The position numbers and the translations under genes are program-made. The notes below the pieces were generated by a model, which was not told the DNA's origin, searched no databases, and was given only the letters and a program-made list of their open reading frames with translations. From Chiloscyllium plagiosum (taxonomy: Eukaryota), in assembly GCF_004010195.1 (NCBI RefSeq), contig NC_057753.1:4143656-4207655 (forward strand): a stretch of DNA of 64,000 nt, read 5' to 3'. Shown piece by piece: positions 1-13,065 of the stretch (positions within the stretch are counted from its first letter, which is position 1; every line of letters starts with the position of its first letter).

Positions 1-584
1 ACACTGAATTCCTCTTTCTTTTGTTTGCATTTTAACTGTAGTGTTGAAATAGATTGTGTTTTGCTAAATGACGAGTGGTTTTGCAAGTTGCCTGCCTTTA
101 AAATAAGGATATTTAAGGGTCTAGGCTACCTTCGTAAAACATTTTGAGAGGGTCTGGTTAGGATAATAGAAAATTGAGTCCTGTTTTCGGGATCAAACTC
201 TCTAATTCCAGTTTGGGATTAGCAATACTGGAGTCAAAGGCAGTGAGTGGTAGGCACTAGTGTCACAAAGCTAGTCTTTTTTCCCCTAAAAAAACTGTTC
301 CTTGGCTCAAGGGTACTCTGCTCTTGATTTTTCTTTTCCGGGGGTAATAAATCCGGCCAACTCTGATCAGACTGGTTTGGTACAGAGATTAACAGGCATT
401 GAGAGGCCTTTTTGTTTATATTTTAACAGGTGAGACTTCAGGCCAAAGTGGTTATGTTTTAGAAGTGAGCAGTAGAATGAAAGGGGAGTGGTCAGCTCTC
501 TAGCTGAGCTGAGCAGTTTAATTCATTCCAGTACTGGTTGGCACACACACACATTCACACACACTCTATCTCTCTCTCTCTATT

Positions 585-626
<42 letters not shown>

Positions 627-1100
627 CATATATTCTCTCTCTCTCTTCTAACATCAAGCATGTTTTTCATTTGTACTGGTTTTTAAAGGACTTTGCTTAT
701 TGGGACTGTTGTGTATATTCGGAACAGCATCCTTAAGTCTAGTTTGGATAGAGTGAGTTCTGTAGGGTGTTCTTCGTTGTGATTCGTGTTTCATTGTATA
801 ATTTTGTGAATTTTGTTTTGTCTGCTTTAAACCTGGTAGTCAACTTCGCTAACCTAACCCGGGTAATTTCCATTGTACACTTATCGAAATAAATTGCAAT
901 CTTATGAACTGGGCTCCCTGCTTAAGAATGTTTTGATTGTTTTGGCCCAGTCATAATACTAGTGTCTTTTGTTCGGGGGTTGAATTTGGTTTGTTTAAAC
1001 AGGGAATGCCTTGTGCATTAATGGCTATTTCGGTTACCAAGAATCTTTTAGGGGTGGAAGAAGTGAACACGGCGAAATTGTTGGAATGGGAAAGTACTAC
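1..1100 (+). mobile_element. Gypsy (Gmr1-like) LTR retrotransposon remnant: LTR end, degenerate PBS, leader and gag start
   Basis: 172-220 (aattg...tcgggatcaaactctctaattccag) is homologous to the PBS/leader at 51780-51836 (minus). A second LTR-like end (ggcccagtcataa) lies at ~955. The gag-like start atggct...ggggtggaagaagtg at 1021 is homologous to 51600-51690 (minus). Confidence 0.6.
543..648. repeat. Compound microsatellite (CA)n(CT)n(TA)n(CT)n
   Basis: Directly visible. Confidence 0.95.
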
Positions 1101-1104
1101 ATGA

Positions 1105-1790
1105 CGAAGGAGATGACTTATTTAACATATTTAGGGTGGAAGCGAGCGAAGTACAGCTTCGTGAGGTAATCTGTGGGCTTGTAGCAGAGTGCGTTAATGG
1201 ATGTGTCCGTCCTTGATAGAGATTTGAGTGTCGAAGACAGACTGATTCTGAAGAGTAGTTCATAGTAAGCCTGATGGTGGGATGAAACCTGTTGATATTG
1301 CTACGTAGTTGTTTCGGTGATTCCTTGCCAAGAGTGGAAAGGATGTATCTGGTGTATAGATTGGTCCGTGTCCTGCGTAAAAAAGACGTCTTGCTCGTAG
1401 TTGTGCATGAAATTGTTGGTCGAATGGAGTGCAAATTGGTCGCCATGGCTATTCCGTGTGTCTGGATGAAGAACTGGTTGTTGAAGGTGAAGACATAGTG
1501 GTTGCGGTTGTAGTGCATGAGTTGTAGGATGGCGTCTGGAAATTGACAGTTGAGGGTGTTAAGAACCGAGGCTTTTGCAGTGATGCCATTCTCCTGGGGG
1601 ATCACGGTGCAGAGTGTTGAAACGTCCGTTGTGACATGGAATGTTCCTGGTTTGACTGGTCCGTGGATGCTGAGTTTCTGTAAAAAAATCCGTAATGTCA
1701 CGCCAGAAGGTGGGGTCCCTTGCACAATGCGTTTCAACATGTCTTCGACAGAACCATAGAGGTTGTCACACCGGGTTCCTGTCTCCGTGC
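1105..1790 (-). mobile_element. Penelope-like element reverse transcriptase fragment (degenerate)
   Basis: Motifs TTDVSTLCTVIPQENG (cf. TMDVxxLYTxIP), NHYVFTFNNQFFIQTHGIAMAT (cf. QxxGxAMG) and INRFHPTIRLTMNYSSESV are typical of PLE RT. Confidence 0.85.
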
Positions 1791-1799
1791 TGTCGGAAT

Positions 1800-2240
1800 G
1801 TATGACTCTAAGTGTTGGTTGGAGTACAGGGGGAACTCTAAATTCCAGGGATGCACTTTGTCCTTGGTAACGAAATGGCTGGATCACAGTTAGGCGTACT
1901 TCCTACTATGGTTGAAAATCCAGTAGAAATTCGGGCAACTGAGGTGTTTCAGGATGTTGCCTGATGATGTGATTACCAGGTCACAAAGGCACAGACTAAA
2001 TCAGCAGCAAAAATCAAATAACAAAGACAAAGATTACAAAGTACAATTTTCAGAGGCCATGTTTGATCAAATGGTTGAAGAAGAAGAACAAGAACATATG
2101 GAGTACAAAGTAAATATTTTTCGTTCAGAGAAATTTACTGAATTGCAGCAGAAAGATGAAAATCTGAAACAGTTGCATCAAAATGAAGAAGAACCTGAGT
2201 ATATCCCAGTATGTAACTATCTTAAAAATATGTCTTGATG
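1800..2240 (+). mobile_element. Gmr1-like Gypsy pol fragment (protease C-terminus to pre-integrase linker)
   Basis: PGMHFVLGNEMAGSQLGVLPTMVENPVE...VITRSQ...LQQKDENLKQL...IPVCNYLKN, homologous to 50555-50890 (minus). Confidence 0.75.
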
Positions 2241-2762
2241 AAGAAATATATATCGTCATGCATTCAGGTGGATGAGAAATGGTCAGACGTTTGTCAAGTT
2301 TCGTCCTCTTTGAAATTGCAAAAAGCAAATTCATTCTCATTTTCTTCACAATATTTATGAGGAAGACAAATGCTGACTTTTTCAAAGAATAGGTATTTGA
2401 AAGGAAATGCTTCTTCCTTCATTTCTGAACTTTATGCTGGCTTATTTACAGTTATCTTGTTTTAATATTTTCTTTATTTCTTTGCTGATGCAATGTATTG
2501 ACATTGAATTGGTTATATCATTTTCCTCTCTAACAAGTCTTGTTGGCATACTTTACTTTCTAATGGTATCGAAATGCTTTATTATAAATATAGTGAAATG
2601 TGAGAGTATAGCACGCAATTGTTCATTGTTAAGGAATTTCTTCCAACGTAGATTCAAATATGAAGTATTTAATGTTATGCAAAGTCCAGGAAATGTTGAT
2701 TGATTTTTAAAACAATAACCATCGGATTCCCGTTTTGTTCTTTGTATCTCTTTCTATTGTAA

Positions 2763-3052
2763 TTAATCTAGCAATGATGGTGGACGTGTCTTTAAAAAGA
2801 TGTTTTCTATCTAGATATGTCACATACTGTCTTCTTACTATGGAGGCAACGGATCTTTTGGTCCTGGTCACTGCTCTTATAGCAAGTTGAATTGCAGTGA
2901 TTTCTTTCCAGGTAAGTTTTTATACCACATCAATATGCAGTGTTCGCAATTCCTTAAATTTTGCAGCCATTGACATTTCTCTTTGTTTAACCGTCGATTT
3001 CTCTTTTGACAGATTTGGGAGCATATGCTGCCAAACACTGAAATTTTGATAT
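2763..3052 (+). pseudogene. Truncated GPR139-like pseudogene fragment (TM1-TM3 part of exon 2)
   Basis: Manual translation: NLAMMVDVSLKRCFLSRYVTYCLLTMEATDLLVLVTALIAS*IAV...ICSVRNSLNFAAIDISLCLTVDFSFDRFGSICCQTLKF*Y. Two in-frame stops, and the acceptor reads ttgtaa instead of ttgcag. Not in the ORF track. Confidence 0.8.
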
Positions 3053-4659
3053 CTTAGTGGCATGTGCATGTTATGTTGAAGGGCCTATTCCCATGTTGTA
3101 AGTCTGTATGACTCTCTAATTCTAGAAATGATTCATAGTGTTTCCCCTTATTTAAAAAAAAAACTGTGCACTAAATCTTTAGGACGTCAGGAGAAGTGTG
3201 GAAATAACCAAAAGGAACATTGTCTTAAATATGACAATATCATGAGAATTCAACAGCAGATGAAACAATGGTTCTATCATTACAAGATACAGACTGACAG
3301 GTAATTTATTTAGAATAGTATTACTCATAATACAATTGAATTGAATTGAATTGCCACAGTGATTACAAATTACAATTTATTTGTACTAATATTGCCATTA
3401 ACACAGTCAGTAAAAATTGCAAAAATGTGTACGCATTAAACGGAACACATCACAATCTCAAAGTGGAGCAGTATGTCCCACTGATTAGGATAGAAAATAT
3501 TTGTGAAATGGTTCAGCATTTTCCTTAAAACTGGAAAATTTATACAGCTGAAAAAATAACTCTGTGGTTTAAACTAGTACCATTTTCTCTGGAAGACTGA
3601 CGGCTGCACACACCAGATAGTGAATGCCAAATAGCAGACCTCCTGCATTTTATTCATTTCTGACTGATGTTCTGAGCACTTGCCAAGGAACATCGAAACT
3701 TAATTACATTCAAAAATGGCTACACATGCATATCAGTCTCCGGGGACGTAATTGCTTAGCTTAATTTAATTTTTCCTTCATTAACATTGTTGCAAGTACC
3801 AGATGATACATTTGCTGCTTGGCTAGCGTTTTTGACTGAATGGGATTGAATGTTTTTTACATCGGTCAGACAATAATCTAAAGTGATAAACCCAGAGGTT
3901 AAATGATGATTAGTTTCATTCATTTATATCATATGAAAAACAACCGATTACTGCCTGAACGCTCAGGCAGTTCGTATCATTCACCTCGTGACTGTTCTAA
4001 GAACAACAAAGGTTTTGAGGAAAATTTGGCAAGTCCTATTACTGTTCTGCCTTGAGGTTGACTATTCAAGTACTATGCGAATCGGTCAAGAACGAGTCAG
4101 TAAAATCTAAGTCATACGGATTTGTTTAAAATGCAATCAGTGTAACTCACTTCATGTCCTTTGATGTAGTTTCACTACAATGAAATTTCATATAGCAAGA
4201 TTCAGGTTCAATGTAGCACACCTATAATCAATTTGGTAAAAAGCGATTCATCATGGTAAATTCAGGGATAGCCTTTTCAGAGCTATTAACATTAAAGTTA
4301 TTGTGGACTTAAATTGATCAGCATAGTTATACCTACTTGGCATACCATTGGCTCAACGAAGCTACATGCAGATTTGACATGTGCAGTTCTGTCAACATTC
4401 CCACATGAAATTTGTTTTATTTCAAGTCACATCTCTTGCATTCAGTGTTGACAATCACAAAGTGATAGCCTCCGTCCTATGCAGGGCTAGTTCTACATAC
4501 ATTCCTGAATGGACAAAATTTGAATCAGCATGCTTGATTTCTATTTGCGAAGGCCAGATCAACACGAACGCTCCTGCAACATTCTGTGTGAGGTTCGAGG
4601 TGCTCTGATGTAAAATACAAAATGTTGAAACGTCAGAACGGCCCTCTTGCTGCCTGGCA

Positions 4660-6115
4660 GAATGTGACCATCAAAAGTTTTAGACTGGGTAATGAGGAAG
4701 GAATCATTGCCAATCTCGATGTGCAAGACCACTTGTTGATGAGCGACCATAAAATGACAGAGTTATTTTTAAATCAAGAGGGAGAGTAAGGTATTTGATC
4801 TGAAACTAGGGTGCTGAATTTTAATAAAGGAAACTATAAAGATATGCGACGTCACTTGGCCTGGATAAATAAGAGCGAGTTAGTTAAAGGCGTGGCAGTG
4901 GCAATGGCATACATTCAGAAACGCATTGGGGAACTGCAACAACTGTTTATTCCTGTCTGGCATAAAAGTAAAATGGGCAAGTCGTCAAATTAATGACTTC
5001 CAAAGGCAATTAGATTTACTATCCAATCCAAGGAAGAAGCATACAGATTGGCCAAGAAAAATAGTAGGTCCGAGGATTGGGAACTGTTCAGAAAATAGCA
5101 ACGAAGGAGCAAAAGATTGATTACGACAGGAAAGAAAAAGTAATATGATGGTTAGCCTTCAGGGAACATAAAGACGAACATTAAGAGCTTCCAGAGGTAC
5201 AAGAAGAGAAAGACTTTGTTGAAGACCTATAGGTCCCATGCAGACAGAAACAGGGAAATGTGTAATAGGAGTCAAATTAATGTTTGAGCAACTGAATACA
5301 TACTTTGGTTCTGTCTTCACAAAATAGGACAGAAATCAGATACTGTAACAGAAATTTTGGACAATGCAACGTTTAGAAAGAAGATTGAAGTTATGGAGAT
5401 CTACCTTAGGAGAGAAATGGTACTGGGAAATTTGTTGGGATTGAAAGCAGATCAATCGCAGGGCCGAAAATGTACATTCCACCATATGTATGGACATGTT
5501 TCTAGAAATAGTGGATGCATTCATGTTCATCTTCAAGGATTCTATAGACTCTGGAACAGTCCTTGCACATTAGAAAGTAGCTAATGCCACTCCAATATTC
5601 AAAAATGGAGGCAGAGAGGAACCTTAAAATGATTGACTATTAAGCCTAACAACGATAGTGGGGGATATTCTCGAATATATTATCAAGGTCTTCATAATAG
5701 AGCATTTAGAAAGCAGTAGCAAGATCAGAGTCTGCATGGATTTACAAAGGGGAAATAATACTTGACAAATCTGTTGCAATTCTATGAAGATGTAGCTAGT
5801 CAACTTGCCAAGGGAGAGGCATCGTATATTTGGAATTTCGGAAAGCATTTGAGAAAATCTGGCCGAAGAGATTATTATGCAAAATTAAAGCGCATGGGAT
5901 TGAGGCAAGTATATTGAGATGGATAGGAAACTGTTTGGCAGAGAGAGAACAAAACGTAGGTGTTAATGGGTTACTTTCAATTTGGCAAGCAGTAACTAGT
6001 AGCGTGCCAGAGGGATTAGTGCTCGGATCCCAGCTATTCACAATATATGTCAATTATTTGGAAGAGGGAGCAAAATGTAACATCGCAAAATTTGTAGATT
6101 ATAGTAAATTGCACG
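4660..6115 (+). mobile_element. CR1-type LINE ORF2 fragment (endonuclease C-terminus to RT), degenerate
   Basis: SDH-type endonuclease end near 4740; LNFNKGNYKDMR; KIKAHGI...WIGNCL...SSVPEGLVLGSQLFTIYVNYLEEG...KFVD. Confidence 0.9.
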
Positions 6116-6656
6116 GTACTACTGGAGGAACCAATGACACAAGTATCAGACACCACTAATTTAACATATCAATATTTACCAATGGATATTCAATGAATGG
6201 ATTTATTGAAGAAACATAATTCACCACTGAATTCTTCAAACATAGATAAACAAAATCATACTTACCCTTTATTTGATGGTTGATATTTGCCACAAACAGA
6301 TACAGCACTGTGTTTCTGTTTTCAGTTTCTAAGTTTGGCTGATTTATCATCGAATTCCACTTCAATATATAAATAATAAATATTATAGTCTGCATTTCAC
6401 ATTTAGCAATGTGCCAAACTGCATTCATCTTGACTGAATTTTCCACATTGACTGAATCACAATATTCCGTGGAAACCCACATGTACAAGGCAACACTCTT
6501 TGTTTGAATGTCCAAGCTGGCATAATGTGTATTTTCTTTTCGGAGAAGGTCTTTATGCAGTGGAGCAGTGCAACCTTTCAGGAGAGACAGCCAACCGAGC
6601 CCTAATCACACGCCAATTTCATTAGTTCTGACTGACAATGAAAACTTTCACTTGAT

Positions 6657-7305
6657 TGTTGTGGTGAGGCTGCTCGTTTAAAATGTTTATGCTCTCCTTA
6701 GGTTTTTTTTTCCAGAGAGGTCATAAAAGTAGCGATTTCGGAAGGTTTGGCTTGCGATAGGTTTTCGGGCCAATTTGATTATAGCTAACAGGTACTGCCT
6801 CAGGCAAAAGGCTTTTAAGTTAAAAAAAAACACTTCTATAATGTAATGGTACGTGGCAATTCTCCCAGCTGAAGTCCTCTCTGATTTGGTTTTGGTGGTC
6901 TGGTTATTCATTGAACATACTCAGATATGTTTTGAAACTGCTGGATCCAAGAAAGCCCATCCACTCTGATCCTTCCTCTCTGACATATGTCTCATAAGTC
7001 CCTGTGTTTTGTTTTAAGGTTTCTGCCAAGGGGTGTTTATGGGGACTGTTACAGGTATTCGGAACAGCATCATAAACATGGTGTAGCCTATTAGGTTTTT
7101 GAATAGTTAAAGTTATTTGTTATTCCATTCTCTTTTACTTGTGTTTCATTCAGTCATCTTTTAAATAAATGCTAAGACATTTGAAAATACATAGTTTGAC
7201 CAATTGCATCTCTCCTCGAATATCCGATTTACTCCTGCTTAAAACCACAAGAAAGGTTTAGGGTTTCTTGAAATGCTTTGACGGGGTCTAGCCTGGTCCA
7301 TAACT
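6657..7305 (+). mobile_element. Solo LTR (Gypsy-like) in the intron remnant of the pseudogene unit
   Basis: Starts tgttgtg, ends ggtccataac, and has an internal aataaa. Same position as the LTRs in the introns of copies A and B. Confidence 0.55.
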
Positions 7306-7919
7306 TTGTTAATTGTCGAACTGGGAGTTTCCAAACCTTCTTTTCAAATATTGACTCGGCTAAATCACAGGCAAACTAATTGTGCATGCTGCTCAAGCAA
7401 TTACAGAAATAGGCAATGATGATCAGCATGTCTGGCAGGACTGTGGTAAGAAAACAGAATGCATTTCGTTCCTCTGAATAAGGATGTTTTGAGCATGTTA
7501 TTTGTCGAAATGTCCAAAATGAATTATTTTAGACTAATGACTGTATCTGTAAAGCAAACTCATGGCAGAGTCAGTTTCAGCACATTTTATTACCTTTTTT
7601 TCTAAACCTAGTTTAATGATCAATTTTCACCTTAGCTTAGCTGTTGTTTGTGTTGTAGATTCTTTACTACAGTGCAGGTGGAACACATTATCTTGCCATC
7701 TGTTCTGTGAACTGAATCATTTTATGTTGTTGTACCATTCAGCTGGTTATATTTTGAAATCTTAATAACTATGTTAAACTATTTTTGTTAAAAAAAGTTG
7801 CCTGAAACATACAAAAAATTTGCAAATTCAGATAAGTTTGCAATGCAATAAAGTTCGTAAGAACCATTTGATTTTTTTCAAGGAGTCGAATGACGTGTGT
7901 ACTCTCTCTACCCATTGGC

Positions 7920-8828
7920 TAACGTGTCCGTGATCATGCTCCGCTCTCGAAGAAAATGTGGATTTTCTGGGCGCATCATTTACTATCTGATGTCGATGGC
8001 AGTGACAGATTTCTTGATCATGGTCATGACTGTAATATTAAAACGAATTCCCATTCAGTTTCCTGTCTATTACACCAATGTCCAGCTTCCGTGCTGTGTT
8101 AAATATCATTTCCATCACAGTTCGGCCTGCTTATCAGCTGTCATCACATTTCATCGATTTGTGACTATTTCCTGTCAGAAGCTGAAAAAATGGTATTGTA
8201 ACCGGAAAATAGTTCTTCGGGTGATAGGAATCGTGATTGCACTTATCTGCGCGAAAAAATATTTTCCGATTTTTTTCAATTCAAACTTAGGTACATAATT
8301 AATGACATACACGGGTCTTGCAGCATCCAATTATGATATTGTATATCACTGGTACGGATCACATACGACTGGACTGGATCTATGTTAAACCCTTTTCTCT
8401 CATTCATTCTGATTTTACTGTTCAATGTTCTGACTGTCAGACACATTCTGGTGGCCAAGAAAATTCGGAGAAGCCTGCGGACTCAGAGCAATGAAGGGAA
8501 TCAGAATGATTCAGCGACGGAGAAGTAGGAAAAAGAATCCATTATTTTACTGTTTGTCATATCGGGTAGTTTTATTCTATTCAATTTATTATGTTTTGCA
8601 ACAATGTCACATGTACAAATTGCAAGTATTGCTGATTCCTCAGGATCTAATGCTAGTTATTCCACATTTATTCTCCATCAAAGCGGATTTATGCTTCCAT
8701 TATTGAGCTCTTGAATTGACCCGTTTATTTATGCTGGGACACAGAAGGAATTCAGAGCCGAGTTAAAAAAAAAACGGCTGAACTATCCCTTCAACCGATT
8801 GGTTAGTATATTTCATAAGACAAATTAA
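7920..8828 (+). pseudogene. GPR139-like pseudogene, full-length exon 2 with frameshifts
   Basis: Colinear with exon 2 of copies A and B (KCGFSGRIIYYLMSMAVTDFLI; FHRFVTISCQKLK; ccgtttatttatgctgggacacag). It has a deletion after TM2, frameshifts, a lost acceptor AG and no recognisable exon 1. Confidence 0.88.
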
Positions 8829-9540
8829 GGAAGTCTAACATAGTATATACGTATTGTCAACTTTGAATTTTCTTCTCCATGTCACATCGGACACTTAATT
8901 TGAAATCGATTGTTAAAATGTAAACTTCAGTATTTGTCTTCTAATTTGTGTGTCTGGTAATTTCAGCCCTCCGTAATTTCAGAATTGTTTTCATCTGGAG
9001 GCGAAATGTCATCTGACTAGAAGTGAGTATATTGACAGAATAGTGTATGCCAATTTCTCAACACAGGTAGCTCGTTTTGTTCATGTTCAGTTATTGAACA
9101 GAATCAGTTGAGGGAAATTCATGCATGACTGAACTTGAATTGGGCATGCACTGGTTTAAAACCATGCAAAATGGGATACAGTGGTCAAGAGACCTCGACA
9201 ATGAACTGAAAAGTTCTAGTGAACAGGGCTCGCTCTCAATACAGCTCAAATAAAATTATTACATAATTACATCAGTGCAGCTGATCATTGTAATCATCAT
9301 GACTGTGTTATTTCGTGATAGCTCCAATTTAATCAGTTTCAATGCCACACCCTTCCTGCTTGCCCTGCTTAGCATATTATCTCGACGTTCCTCTATCCTC
9401 CTGTCAGGATGAAAAAAAAGCAGAGACTTTGCTTGATTCAATTCCATCTGTGGAGAACCCCTGCAGTCCCCGGCAATATGGGGACTGTTTTCCACGCAAT
9501 CTTACTGAGAACAGAACATGCAGTTGCTTTGCTTGAATCT

Positions 9541-9866
9541 TCATGGTTCAGTGTTTAGCGCTGATGCCTCGCAGCACCACGGTTCCGGGTTTGATAGCAG
9601 CCTCGGGTGACTGCCTGTGTGGAAATTTCACATTCTCCCTGTGTCTGTGTGGGTTTCCTCTGGGTGCTCCGGTTTTCTCCTACAGTCCAAAGATGTGCAG
9701 GTTGGGGTAAATTGGCCATGCTAAATTGCCCATAATGTTAGCTGCATTAGTCAGGGGAAAATATAGGGTAGGAGATTGGGTCTCGCTGGGTTAGTCTTCG
9801 GAGGGTCAGTGTGGACGTGTAGGGCCAAAGGGCCTGTTTCCATACTGTAGGATATCTAATTTAATC
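9541..9866 (+). mobile_element. HE1-type V-SINE
   Basis: tRNA-derived head, V-domain core (cacattctccctgtgtctgtgtgggtttcctctgggtgctccggttt...cagtccaaagatgtgcagg) and HER1-like tail gggccaaagggcctgtttcc. Confidence 0.9.
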
Positions 9867-10394
9867 TGTGAATTTTCCAATAGGTTGAAAGGGAAACAAT
9901 GATTGTGAATGTCCACCCGTTTTGTTTTATCGTTATCGCAGAGAGAGCAAACTCCTTCCACCGAACCTTTCCTCCTCAGCCACCTGCCTCATCTGAGGAA
10001 TAAATCCAGTGGACCAAACCACATACAGACAGGAAATGAATAGATCTTCCTGCACATAAAGAGACCAGTCCGTCCTGTGTACTACTATAAAAGAACAGTT
10101 GAGATTGGTCAGATGTAACATGCATGCTCATGTGTAGCACCTATATTATCACCATGACCCGCCTACCACCACCATCGTTTTATCAGTGTTTTGTGATCTC
10201 TCACTGGACATTTTTATATTGCACTCCCTCAAATGGCATCTAGACTTATTCTTGACCAGTTCCTTGAGTAACATTTCCTGCTCAGGTATGCATCCTCAAC
10301 TCGCACTGAGCTGTTCTGTGCGTTTGATTCAGTAAGAAATGAGAAGAAAGTAGTGGTTGTAGAAGGGCAGGACATCTTCGTTCCCTGAGTGGGA

Positions 10395-10885
10395 ACTTGT
10401 ACAAGACATTGGTTCAGCCACATTTAGAATACTACGTACTGTTCTGGTCACCACATTGCCAAAAAGATGTGGATACTTTAGCAACGGTGCAGATAAGGTT
10501 TACAAGGATGTCGCCTAGTATGGAAGGTGCTAGGTATGAAGAGAGGTTGAGTAAGTTAGGATTATTTTCATTAGAAAAAAGAACATGGAGGGGGTTCTTG
10601 ATTGAGTTCAACGAAATCATGAAGGGTATAGACAGGGTTGATAGAGATAAGCTTTTTCCCAGGATGAGGGATTCAATAACAAGAGGTGATGCGTTCAAGG
10701 TGAGAGGTGAAAGGTTTAAGGGGTGTGCACGCGGCAAGTACTTTACACAGTCGGTGGTATCTGCCTGGAGCGCGTTGACAGCAGAGGTAGTAAAGGCAGG
10801 CACGGTAGAGAAATTTAAGTTGCGTCTGGACAGATGCACGAGTAGTTGGGGAGCAGGGGGAAACAGATGCTTAGGAATTGGGCCT
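10395..10885 (+). mobile_element. CR1/HER1 LINE 3' fragment
   Basis: YKTLVQPHLEYYVLFWSPH...YEERLSKLGLFSLEKR...TRG...YFTQSVVSAWSAL. Confidence 0.92.
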
Positions 10886-12110
10886 AGAAAACTACCCTAA
10901 GGGACTCCTGCTAAAATGCTGACCCTCCACAACCACAACCATCTTTCTTTGTGCCAGGCATAGCTCTAATCAGCACAGTGTCCACCCACTGATGTCCATT
11001 GATTCCAGTTTTTCCAGAGCTCTTTGTTGCCATACTCAGTCAAATGCAGCCTTGATGTCAAGGGCTGCCACGATCACCTCACCTCTGAAATTCAGCTGTT
11101 TTGTCTATATCTGAAGCAAGTTTGTGAAGGGATCAGGAGCTGAGTGACCCTGGTGAAACCCAAACTGAGAGTAACTGAGATAGCAGCTGTTGAGCAACTG
11201 TTGCTTGACAGCACTGCTGATGACCACCTCAATCACTTTACTGATGATAGCTAGTTGACTAATTGTGTGGTAATTGGCTCGGTTGGACCTGCCCGGCTTT
11301 TTGTGCAGAGGGCATACCTGGGCAGTTTTCTTCATTGTCGGGTAGATATCAGTACTGCAACTATACTGGAAGAGCTTAGTTATGGAGCGGCAAATTCTGG
11401 AGCACATGTTTTCAGTAATATTGACAGAATGTTTTCAGGGCCCATTGCCTCTGCAGTAGCCATTGCCTCCAACTATTTCTTGATATCACGTGGCATGAAT
11501 CGAATTGGCTGGAGACTGGTATCTCTGATGCTTGGGACCAATGGAGGAGCCCAAGACAGATTATCCAGTCAGCACTTCTGAGTGAAGACTGTTGCGAAAG
11601 CTTCAGCCTTATCTTTTGCACCAATATGCTGGGCTCCTCCATCATGGAGAATGGGGATATTGTAACCTTTGTCCTCCAATGAGTTATTTAATTCTCCACC
11701 ACCATTCGGCAACTGGATGTGGAAGGACTGCAGCGCTTAAATTTGATCCATTGGTTGTCGGATTACATAGCCCTGTCTCTCAATTGCTGTTTCTAAGTTT
11801 GGCATGCAATTAGTGTACTTTGGGAGCTTCACTAGGTTAACACCTCACTTTTAGTTATGCCTAATGCTACGACTGGCACGCCCTCCGTCACTCTCCATTG
11901 ACCAGTGTTAATCCCCCAGCATGATGGTAAATGTTTGAGTTGGGTATATGCCAGGCCACGAGTTTACAGATTGTGCTGAAGTACATTTCTGCTGCTGCTG
12001 ATGGCCACAGCGCCTCATGGATGCCCAATCTTAAGCTGATAGATCAGTTCGAAGTCTACGCTATTTAGCATGGTGGTACTGCCATACAACACGATAGAGG
12101 TTATTCTGAA
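10886..12110 (-). mobile_element. L2/CR1-group LINE internal fragment (same family as 32215-35445)
   Basis: KTAQVCPLHKKPGRSNRANYHTISQLAIISKVIE...QFGFHQGHSAPD, with nucleotide similarity to 33170-34400. Confidence 0.88.
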
Positions 12111-12734
12111 GTGGATGTGGCCGATGTTTTACTGCATTGAGACTGATAAACCGTGCTCATGTCCATCATCTTACTGCAGATTTACTTGCCACTAGCAGAA
12201 ATCTCCTTCTGAATTAGATATTTCAGTTTGATTTTTAAAGCCAAGGTAATAAATATCCACAGATAAATTTCTGCCAACCATTTTCTATTTATCGAGTTTT
12301 GAATGTGTTGTGCTGGTCCAACAAATTTCCGTTTCACTGCATACAAGCAGCTGCGGTTTAACATCCACGGAAACCATCTTGCTTCACTACGAACTGTGAA
12401 AAAAGGGCCACAACTTTTCCAGGAACTTGTAAGAAAAATTACTAAATATGCCCGAAGTTTGAAATGGAAACTGAAATTGCTGAAGCAACTCCACAGTTCT
12501 GGAATCTTCTGTGGAGAGAGAAGCAGTTTCAATATTTCGAGACCAATGCATCTCATGTGGAAAAGTTCTGAAGGAACGTTTAAATAGATTCGAAAAAGTA
12601 ACTTTGCCTCATTTTCTAAAGGAGGTGAAAGTCAAATCACTGTCTGCAGTACCATCTATTTAGCATTACAAATGCACCGATATGTTGGTTGTTTCTGACT
12701 CCCACTCGTGATAGATTCAATACCGGTATTTTTG

Positions 12735-13065
12735 ATTATGGGAACAGGGTTTCACTGGTTTGCCAGTATTTACTGGCCATCCCTAGTTGCCCTTGAACTG
12801 TAAAACTTGCCATGCAAATTCAAAAACCAGACCAGATGAGGATAGCACATTTGATTCCCTGATAGACATTAATGTGTCTGATGGATTTTCCAATAATAGA
12901 CAATGGTGTTACATTCATCAATAGAAATTTAATTTTAGACTTTGTTTTGCTAACTGAATTCAAATTCCAGGAATACTGCCTTGGCTGTATTCGAATCCTA
13001 GTCGCCACAACGTTCTCTGAGTTTTTGAATAAATAGTTTAGTGATAATATAACCATGCCATTGCC
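12735..13065 (-). mobile_element. tRNA-derived SINE with L2-type 3' tail (SacSINE/Deu-like)
   Basis: Minus strand shows a head with box-B-like GATTCGAATAC followed by ggaatttgaattca, and a tail aagggcaactagggatggccagtaaatactggc. Confidence 0.7.

Larger units (their letters stand above)
6150..10395 (+). repeat. Older paralogous unit: intron, exon 2 and 3' flank, matching 18045-20860 and 24560-26140
   Basis: Shared anchors include aacaaaatcatactt(a/g)cccttta (~6250/18137), gttgaattgggcatgcactggttt-like (~9135/24709) and tataaaagaacagttg.gattggtcag (~10086/25244). Confidence 0.85.
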
